A DNA stretch of 64,000 nt from Bugula neritina (Eukaryota > Animalia > Bryozoa): assembly GCA_964035545.1 (NCBI GenBank), contig OZ037769.1, positions 17,018,633 through 17,082,632 of the forward strand, in the 5' to 3' direction. The notes below the pieces were generated by a model that searched no databases, had not been told where the DNA came from, and saw nothing but the letters and a program-made list of their open reading frames with translations. The translations under genes were made by a program, and so were the position numbers. Shown here in pieces: positions 51,101 to 61,300 of this stretch (positions within the stretch are counted from its first letter, which is position 1; each line of letters opens with the position of its first letter).

Positions 51101-54100
51101 CTGTTCATGGGAGATGCAGCAGAGCGCGTGTCTTACTCAATCACGGTGCCATGGTGGATGAGGTGGATATATACGGTAACACGGCTCTGCATATAGCGGC
51201 TCAGCACGGACACGATGCCTTCATAAATACTCTCCTTCTACACAAGGTACGTACTCTACTACACAAGGTACGTATTCTCTCAACTTCCTGTATAGTATAT
51301 GTGTGATTAAACTTTTCCCGTGTTGTGCAGGCACAGGTAGACAAACCAGGAAGTGGCGGGTTACTTCCTGTGCATGTGGCGGCCCTCAATGGGAGACTGG
51401 ATTGCTGCAAGAAGCTGATATCCGCAATGCCTCAGTTCGACATCAACTGTTCTGATAACAGCAGCCGTACCCTCCTCCACGCAGCTGCGTGCAGCAAGTG
51501 AGCTTAGTCTATGTGTTATGTAATATCCTGTGTGTTATATAATATCCTGTGTATTATATAATATACTGTGTGTTATATAATATACTGTGTGTTATATAAT
51601 ATACTGTGTGTTATGTAATATACTGTGTGTTATGTGCTGCCAGTAACCTGGAATGCCTCCTCTACATAATCAACATGGACTGTGATACTAACCTGAGAGA
51701 CTCCATTGGAAGAACTCCTCTACACTACGCTGCTGCCAACAGCTCTCTCTCTTTCGTCAGCAAGTTGGTTGACTCTGATGCTGACGTCAGTATAGCCGAC
51801 ATCAGGGGCTGCACCCCTCTTCACTTTGCGGCAGCATTTGACACTGAAGGGAGGTGAGTTACTATCACGCTGCTGTGTGAACTGTTACTGTTGGTTACTG
51901 TTGCTAAGGAGACTGTTGCTATGGGGACTGTTGCTATGGCTACTGTTGCTAAGGAAACTGTTGATATGGTTACTGTTGCTATGCAGACTGTTGCTATGTG
52001 GACTGTTGCTATGGCTACTGTGTTGTAGTATGATCCATTTCCTCCTACAAGCCGGAGCTAATCCACGAGCCACCGACTCTCAGGGTCACTCGGCTCTCCA
52101 CTACGCTGCTTTGAAGGGGAGTTCGGCAGCACTTGACATTGTAAGTGTAGAGTAAGTAAAGAGTAAGTGAGCTGGTATTGTAAGTACAGAGTAAGTGAGC
52201 TGGTATTGTAAGTACAGAGTAAGTGAGCTGGTATTGTAACTACAGAGTAAGTGAGCTGGTATTGTAAGTACAGAGTAAGTGAGCTGGTATTGTAAGTACA
52301 GAGTAAGTGAGCTGGTATTGTAAGTACAGAGTATGTAGACTAGTAGTCCAGATATTCATTTATCTCTACACTTTCTTCTAGTTGATAAAGAGGTCAGAGC
52401 ACGACCTGTTCAGTCTCAATGTTAATGTGCCAAACGTTACGCCACTGCACTACGCCGCATTCCATGGACATGACGAGGCCATCTCTTTGCTCATGAACAC
52501 AGTCATAGACGTAGACTTGAGAGATGACAAGGGTGAGTCAGACTGAGCGAGTAGTGAGTGAGTAGAGAGTAGAGAGTGACGCTGAGTGAGACTGAGTGAA
52601 TAGTGAGTAGAGAGTGACGCTGAGTGAGACTGAGTGAGTAGAGAATGAAAGTGAATGAGTAGTGAGATTGAATGAGTAGTGAGATTGAATGAGTAGTGAG
52701 TGATGAGTGAGTAGTGAGACTTACTTAGAACAGGCAGTTATCTGTCTGCTATTTTCTTGTCACATATTCTCACCCCCTATTTGTGATCTAGGGAGAACTC
52801 CACTAGACTTGGCAGCATTCCAGGGACATGATGACGTGGTGACATCACTAGTGAACGCTGGAGCCAACATATGGGTGAATGATTTGTTTAGCGGGCGAAC
52901 TCCGATCCACGCGGCAGCATACAACGGACATGAAGGGTGTCTGCGTGTCCTCCTAGACAACAGCGATGACGAGAATATTGTCAACGCGATAGACAACTCC
53001 GATAGGTTAGCTCATGTTGCTCACTCTTTTCTGTGTATATAGATAGACATACAGACAGACATATAGACAGACAGACAGACAGACACACAGATAGACAGAT
53101 AGATAGATTTTACAGCTAGCTATGTTATTGCTGCAGGACGCCTCTCATGTGGTGTGTACTGAATGGTCACGCTGACACGGCCGGACTGCTGCTACAACGT
53201 AGCGCATTACCCAACGCCGTGGACAAGGCGAGAAGGTCAGCATTGCACAGGGGTGCTGCCCTCGGCCGGGAGGAGTGTGTGGACATCCTGTTCCAGTACC
53301 AGGTGGATGTGTGTCAGCGGGACGTCAGGGGGCGCTCGGCTCTTCACCTGGCGGCGGCAGCAGGGTATTCTGGGATGCTCGTAGCTCTGGACAAGGTCTG
53401 TCGTAGCGTATATATTACAGTAGACTGCTTCGTATTACTCACTGTGTTATATTACTATATCAAAGTTATATAATATATTACAGTACGCCACACAGTACGC
53501 TAAAGATCCCTCTCTGTTGATGCAAGTTGATAGAAGAGGCTTCACTCCTCTACACTGGGCATGTTACTACGGTACGTGTGACTATAACTCTGTACTAGGT
53601 ACTACTCACTATGTACTATATACTGTGTACTATATACTATATACTATGTACTATATACTGTATACTATATACTGTGTACTATATACTGTGTACTATATAC
53701 TGTATACTATATACTGTATACTATATACTGTGTACTACTCACTGTGTACTATATACTGTGTACTACTCACTATGTACTATCACTGTGTACTATATACTGT
53801 ATACTATATACTGTGTACTATCTAGGTCACTGTAAATACATTCCATTGTACACTGTTTTATTTCTAGGTCACGACAACTGTGTTGATAGTATCTTAGATT
53901 CTGATACATACACAGAGTTCGCTGGCAGCTCTTATTCTCCTCTTCATTGTGCAGCGTAAGTTTCTCAGACTATACTCTGTATATATTCTCAGACTATACT
54001 CTCTGTATATATTCTCAGACTATACTCTCTGTATATATTCTCAGACTATACTCTCTGTATATATTCTCAGACTATACTCTCTGTATATATTCTCAGACTA

Positions 54101-57100
54101 TACTCTCTATACTATACAGATCTCAGGGAAATGATACCTGCACTCAGCTGTTGTTAGAGCTTCACGGCTCTACTATCTCCAACCTCAGAGACTCGTGTGG
54201 ACGGTGAGTTGTCTTCCCTCTACATACTAGTTTATATTTCTACAGATCCCCTCTACATACTAGTTTATATTTCTACAGATCCCCTCTACATACTAGTTTA
54301 TATTTCTACAGATCTCCTCTACATACTAGTTTATATTTCTACAGATCCCCTCTACATACTAGTTTATATTTCTACAGATCTCCTCTACATACTAGTTTAT
54401 ATTTCTGTAGATCTCCTCTACATACTAGTTTATATTTCTACAGATCTCCTCTACATACTAGTTTATATTTCTACAGATCTCCTCTACATACTAGTTTATA
54501 TTTCTGTAGATCTCCTCTACATACTAGTTTATATTTCTACAGATCTCCTCTACATACTAGTTTATATTTCTACAGATCTCCTCTGCATCTGGCCGCTGCA
54601 GGTGACCACTGTGAGAGCATACAGCAGCTGATAGCTGTAAAAGCTGATGTGGACGCTAGAGATAACAACAACCAGTCTGTCATCATGAACGCTGCCGCTA
54701 AGGGCAAGGGTGCTGCCATAGGTGAGTATAATATACGACTCAGCTCACCCACCTGTTGTGTGATCACTTGTTATGAACTGCTTCAACGATATTGTGTAAA
54801 CAAACAGACAGACAGACTACTTTTCCTTTTCAACTCTGAAGTTACTTTTCAGTCAATAGTTTCTTCATCAGTCGAGACTCACTTAGAGCTAACAAAATGC
54901 TAGTTTACAAGATCTCTACTCTCTTGTTTTGTTCTTAGAATTACTTCTGGAGAACAACGTAGACCTCAGTGTGGCTGATAAAGACGGTAATACGGTCCTT
55001 CACCTAGTATGTCACAGTGTAAGTATGTCACAGTGTAAGTACATCACAGTGTAGGTATGTCACAGTGTAAGTATGTCACAGTGTAAGTATGTCACAGTGT
55101 AAGTATGTCACAGTGTAAGTATGTCATAGTGTAAGTATGTCACAGTGTAAGTATGTCACAGTGTAAGTATGTCACAGTGTAAGTATGTCACAGTGTAAGT
55201 ACGTCACAGTGTAGGTATGTCACAGTGTAAGTATGTCACAGTGTAAGTATGTCACAGTGTAAGTATGTCACAGTGTAAGTATGTCATAGTGAAGTATGTC
55301 ACAGTGTAAGTATGTCACAGTGTAAGTATGTCACAGTGTAAGTATGTCACAGTGTAAGTACGTCACAGTGTAGGTATGTCACAGTGTAAGTATGTCACAG
55401 TGTAAGTACGTCACAGTGTAGGTATGTCACAGTGTAAGTATGTCACAGTGTAAGTATGTCACAGTGTAAGTATGTCATAGTGTAAGTATGTCACAGTGTA
55501 AGTATGTCACAGTGTAAGTATGTCACAGTGTAAGTATGTCACAGTGTAAGTATGTCACAGTGTAAGTATGTCACAGTGTAAGTATGTCACAGTGTAAGTA
55601 TGTCACAGTGTCAGTGTGTTTAGACTGAGTTCCTGTATCAGTGTGTTGTATTTCAGGGTGTCGAGAATGCAGTCCTACTTGTGCTGGATAAAATAGAAGA
55701 CCAGGCTATTGTAACTAAGGCTAACCTGAATGGTGAAACGTAAGTTTCCTGTTTATTTAGCCAATCATTGTCCTGCAATAAACCAACCCTCTGATACACC
55801 CTAATACTATGTTATACAGGACTGGTAACAGTCTAATACTATGTTATACAGGACTGGTAACAGTCTATTACTATGTTATACAGGACTGGTAACAGTCTAT
55901 TACTATGCTATACAGGACTGGTAACAGTCTATTACTTCCTGTTTTCAGAGCTCTCCATCTGGCAGCAAGAGATGGAATGCTGCCAGTGACGGAGATTCTG
56001 CTGTCTAAAGGAGCGAGCGTCTTCGCTGTCGACAGCAGAGGCAGGTACCCAGCTCTCGCCTGCGCTCAGTCCGACCGAGTGGCCGACTGCTTGGAACTCA
56101 TCATCGCTCAGATGATGCAGGTCGGGGGTGGTACGCCCCGCCCTTCCACCAGTGGCAGAGGCAGCTTAAATTCTCTGGCTAACACCACCATTGGTATGTC
56201 AATTATTATACTTATTCTTTTCTATTTATTGTGTCGAAAATTCTTTCTATTTTTTCTCTAACTGTTCTACTTTTTTCTCGAGAAAATATTTAGCTATGAA
56301 CACAACTTGAGTTTAGACCGTGACTCGAGCTACCTTGTATCCAGGTATTTTCTCGCGTCTCAAAACCAGTTCCCCTTTCACTTGTATTGTGCTTGTGAAC
56401 AACTAGCTCGTTGTACGACCTCTACAGTAATCTACAGCAGCACACTGACCTCTATAGCTACTGTGTGTACATCTCATTGTTACTGAGCTGTGTATGTCAT
56501 TACCAGATGTAGAGCTCTGTGTGAGACTGGACGATCTATTGTCTGGTACTGACTAGTTGGTATTAGAGTATAGTCTGTGGTAAGCAGTGCATGTGGTGTG
56601 ACGACATTAATACCTCTCTCCTTCCGCTCTCCTCCCTCTCTCTCTCTCCCTCCTCTACTGTCTTTATAGTCAGTAGCAGTAGTACTACTAGTAGTATTAG
56701 AAGTAGTAGTAATAGTGATAGAGTATATATCCATGCCAACTTACCATCAGTAGTACTAGAGTTACTATCAGTAGTACTAAAGTTACTGTCAGTAGTACTA
56801 GAGTTACTATGAGTAGTACTAAAGTTACTGTCAGTAGTACTAGAGTTACTGTCAGTAGTACTAGAGTTACTGTCAGTAGTACTAGAGTTATGAAGCAGAT
56901 CTGGCATGCTAAAAGATTTCCTCTCTGCAGAAACGGTTTGACCACGGCGTGCATCTTTATTGTTGGGTTAAGCAATGCGGAGTGCTTCACACCCTCCCTT
57001 CTATCTCTGCGTACATTCCAACTCCTGCGCTATGCTCTCTCGATTGAGTCTTTTCTGCATAATATTCTGATATCATTCTCGTTATGCCTGGTTTCTGTGC

Positions 57101-57978
57101 CAGTCAGGTATTGCCTTTAGTTTTAGGAGTTGTTCTCCTTCCAGAGCTACCTCTTTTCTGTTTTATGATATAATATTTATTCACAAAGGGAAATTTATTT
57201 GCTTGGTGTTTGATTTGCTGTATGCCAGATAATTTATATTAATATACCAGCTCATATAAATGTCAGAAGCTTTAAATTGTGTTCTATCACCACAGCAGAT
57301 GATAACTCCCCTGCTGCATATATTTCAGCCGTATCGTGTGTGGTTCAGAGTAAAATATAGGTTTGTTATCTGCATTTCTTACAGTCTGTTGCACCACACC
57401 TTATTTCCATATTTGCCAACTTTAATACAGCCATCCACTCTCTATCACCGCCATATTCAGTTACAGCGGCTTTTCTTTGCTTTGGCTAAATATTGTTTAT
57501 GTGATACTAACCTGATAATATGTAAGCTTATTTGAGTTTATTAACCAATCAACAAGCAGATGCGGTTGCCATGAGCCAATCAGAGCAAACATTATAACGT
57601 TAGTCAAGTTGTATTGCAAGGGTTATATACACAGCATAATACAGTAATAGAAGTTGTAAAGTGGACAGTTTAGTTTTCGCAATAAAAAATAATTTTTTTC
57701 AAAAGTTTAAATAATTAATTAAAAGAGAAAAGAAATATTATGTTACAATAAAAAACTAGAAGAAGTTGCAGTTTGTGTAGAGAAGGTAGGATAACTCCTA
57801 CAGTACTGCCTTTTGATTATACTTCAAGTGATGGCAACTGTTTAGCCACAGGAAACTGTTAGATCACATGACTTGTTATGTTGCAGGGGGAGAAATGGGC
57901 GATTCTCGAGTTCTCAACGATACGCGGGAGTTGTCTGGCTCCGTCAAATCCTGTGACTCATCAGACCAGTACTTCTAG
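48121..57978 (+). CDS. ANKRD28: Serine/threonine phosphatase 6 regulatory ankyrin repeat subunit (ANKRD28/44/52 family)
   Basis: MTLLQIQNE|[46 protein letters not shown], many TPLH ankyrin repeats, [18 protein letters not shown]; stop TAG 57976-57978. Probably the single invertebrate co-ortholog. Confidence 0.92.
48136..48407 (+). repeat. 23-bp tandem repeat spanning the first ANKRD28 5' splice site (12 copies)
   Basis: ATTCAGAATGAG|GTGAGTAGAGT; donors from 48148 to 48401 every 23 bp, one mutated. Confidence 0.96.
49214..49833. repeat. 41-bp AT-rich minisatellite (~15 copies) ending just before an ANKRD28 acceptor
   Basis: CATATGATATTATATACTATACTGTATATTATATAACTCAT variants. Confidence 0.93.
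52138..52331 (+). repeat. 28-bp repeat carrying ATT|GTAAGT copies of an ANKRD28 donor (~6 copies)
   Basis: Real donor GACATT|GTAAGT at 52141; unit ATTGTAAGTACAGAGTAAGTGAGCTGGT. Confidence 0.9.
53961..54110 (+). repeat. 27-bp intron-filling repeat with acceptor-like TTCTCAG
   Basis: TTCTCAGACTATACTCTCTGTATATA, ~6 copies; real acceptor CTATACAG|ATCTCAG at 54119. Confidence 0.88.
54217..54584 (+). repeat. 33-bp tandem repeat spanning an ANKRD28 3' splice site (11 acceptors)
   Basis: TTTCTACAG|ATCTCCTCTACATACTAGTTTATA; AG ends at 54245 through 54575, every 33 bp. Confidence 0.96.
55007..55610 (+). repeat. 16-bp tandem repeat spanning an ANKRD28 5' splice site (~38 copies)
   Basis: GTATGTCACAGT|GTAA repeated; the exon ends ...LHLVCHS at 55018 and the donor is GTAAGT at 55019. 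Confidence 0.97.
55804..55936. repeat. 32-bp intronic minisatellite (~4 copies) before an ANKRD28 acceptor
   Basis: TACTATGTTATACAGGACTGGTAACAGTCTAT. Confidence 0.88.
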
Positions 57979-58357
57979 CCGTGTACCGTCACAACACTAG
58001 ACTTATGTAGAGCAGTATTTGCCAGTTGATATACTCATCTCAGCTATGCTATCTGTACCTCATTACCTGTAATCCACGCGTCTTCACATTATTTTTTACA
58101 TTTTTATCTCGTATTTAAAGCTCTGCTGATTCATTCTGTTTGTTATAAAAAGATTTTATATATTTTCATCACAGCCAGAGATTGGCTGCTCCAGTCTACC
58201 AGCTTTCCAAATATTTTCTTTTGAATTATGCATCTTGTAATGAATTATGTAACGGAGTCTATGCACTTTAGAATTGTAGGTTTAGCTAATGTTCTCATTA
58301 ATTCATTCAGAATATAAACATGCATTAAATAACCACCAGATATTCGTGATGACTCAC

Positions 58358-61300
58358 CTAGTAGTCCAAGTCTCTCTGCAGATGTCTCCTGGAGAATCTC
58401 CACACCGTCTGTCCCTTCGCCTTCTCAGTATTCACAAAGTTCTTGATGTCCATGAGTGATATGTTGGGGCAGCCATTGAAGTTGATACTCTTCAATCTAA
58501 ATACATTATTTACAGTATTGTATTACAGCGTAATATATTACAATAGTATTGTATTACAATTGCATAGCACATGATATACATATAACAGTGTAATACAGTT
58601 TATCCTATGATATATAGCCCTGAACTTCCTTTCCATATCCTAATAATACAAGTATAAGAATCTAGTGTATTAACTATTTAAGTTAGGGGAACATGACTCA
58701 CAGCTTGTTAGACTCGAGTACTTGCAGACACTCCGAGTCGATACCTTCACAGTCATTGATCTCTAGCTCTTGTAGGAATACTCGTTTTGAAGAGGTCAGT
58801 GCGGTGAAACCTGCATTAGTTACGTTGCTGCACCCACTCACGTTGAGACTAAATATTCAAACAGATTACATTAATAAGACAACTCTGCAAGCTTTTAATT
58901 TATTTATAAATTATTGATAATAAATGACGGAGTGGAATAGTTCCTAATAGATATCATATAAAACACAACTGCAATGCACAATAGTTTCATAGTCTGTTTC
59001 ATGCGAGGTCTACTGAGCATGCTCAGATGTATATTAGCAATTCTCTCATCAGTTGACAAATCAGGGAGAAAAGGATAGAGGTTAGACGTTGCAACCATCA
59101 ATAATATTTACCTGCATAATTTACACTATATTTACCTGCATAAATTGAAGAGGTTTTTAGCAATGAGTTTGAGAGTTGGATCTCCGATGCTTGTGTTACT
59201 CACGTCCAAGTCTGTCAACTACAACGAGAGAAATAAAGTAACCAGCATGTAGTGTCTGATATGAAGTATATCTATAGACAGGTCTGTATATATCTATAGG
59301 CAGGTCTGTACATATCTATAGACAGGTCTGTACATATCTATAGGCAGGTCTGTACATATCTATAGACAGGTTTGTACATATCTATAGACAGGTCTGTATA
59401 TATCTATCAACAAAAGGTACTCAGAACTCACCATGTGGTCAAACAGCAACTCCTTGCGGAACATTGTAGCGAATACCACGTCTGTAAGTGACGGAATAGA
59501 GGAGATGTTGAGACTCTCTACTGAAGAAGGTAGAGAACTGAGTCCAAGTTTGGTTAGAGCCGTGACGCCTTTCATGGACAGTTCCTACGCAGATGGATAA
59601 CTCAGTGTTATGGCAAACATACACACTGTAGGACGTTGATGCAATTACATAATAGAATAACATATTTCTAACTTCCTTACAACCCAACTTCACACTCAAC
59701 ATTTTAGTGTAAAAAGACATCACATTTAAAAACTATTAAATGGATATTTTATAAAGCAAACATTTCAGCTTACTGATTCTCCACAGCACTGTTACTTAGA
59801 CAGTAAACAAGAGTGACGTAAGAATGACTCACTCGACACAACGTCAGCCTGGAGATCAGCGTATTGAGGGCTTCCTTAGAGGTGATGGCCTTGTTGAGAG
59901 AGAGACACTCCGGCTGCAGACGTACGACGGACTCGGCCATTGACTCGTCAATAGTTCTCTTAGTGAGGTCGATATACCTCCAGAGTGAGGGGTGTTTGTG
60001 AGCTCCGTACCACGCCTACATGTACACATGGCCACGCCTACATGTACACATGGCCACGCCTACATGTACATATGGCCACGCCTACATGTACACATGGCCA
60101 CGCCTACATTTACACATGGCCACGCCTACATGTACACATAACCACGCCTACATAGCCACATGGCCACGCCTACATGTACACATAGCCACGCCTATATGTA
60201 CACATAACCACGCCTACATAGCCACTCACTCATTCACTGAAACTACCTCTAGACTTGTGAGCACAGTTGAGACTTTCTTACCTTACATACAAGAGCACAG
60301 TTTAGAAGGTCTCCTTTTGGAAGGTATTTAAAGATACTGACTAGAATGTCCTCAAACAGCAACAGCTGGAGTATGTCAGAAGATGGGGAACTGGAGTTGG
60401 TGGCAATGGCTCCCTCAATGGGACTACTAAACACAGAAATTACAGTCATGAGACGACAACACAGAATATTCAGTAATATATAATAGCAATACCAAATATA
60501 TTTCATTGAATAAGTGAGTAATGAAAAAATAGAGGGAGTAACTCACACAGAGTCTAACTCTTGAGAGATGGACACGACTTTGTTGGAGACGTCTGCTTCC
60601 TCCATCAGCTCGTACATGAGAATCTCGTTCAGTTCCTGGTCCTCCGTCTCCTTCAGAACCAGCTTGCTGTCACTCACAGTCTCCGAGTCTGAGTCATCCG
60701 TACAGTTCTCTGAGTCATTCTCATCATCTGCAGCAGACAAGTATACTACACAGACCTGCGAGGGATACCAACTAGTCTACTCTACATAAACTCAGCTGTG
60801 TTAGACTTACAATTCAGAGACTCCAAGTAGTTGTCCAACAGTGAGCTGGCATAATCCGACAGATTCGTCATGTTCACAGAGACAGACTCTGCAATAAAGC
60901 ATAGAGAGTTTACAGCTGACACAGAGAGACTAACAGCAGTAGCAATCTACAGCACAGTAGTAGCAATCTACAGCGAGTAGTAGCAATCTACAGCGAGTAA
61001 ACTCAGCTATTAACTGTCTTTTCTCTGTTTACTCTCAACACTTTACCACAAAATATTTAGCCTGCTGAGTATGCATTCTTTTCTGTTTGCTTACATATTG
61101 AAATTGTAATGCTGCTTGTACTGTTTCTACTACTGCTGCTGCTGTTACTGCTATGCTATTACTAACTCTACTACTACTCCTATTATTACTATTACTACTA
61201 TCTATTAGAGCATGCACAAAGTAGACACACTCTAGACCTACCATGCCACGCCTGGTCCATAGATTCCTCCATCTTCTGTGTAAGTTTCCTCCGTCTGCTG

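Noticed and set aside
53517-54631. Tyr/Ile-rich ORFs within ANKRD28
   Set aside because: Out-of-frame translations of intronic repeats.
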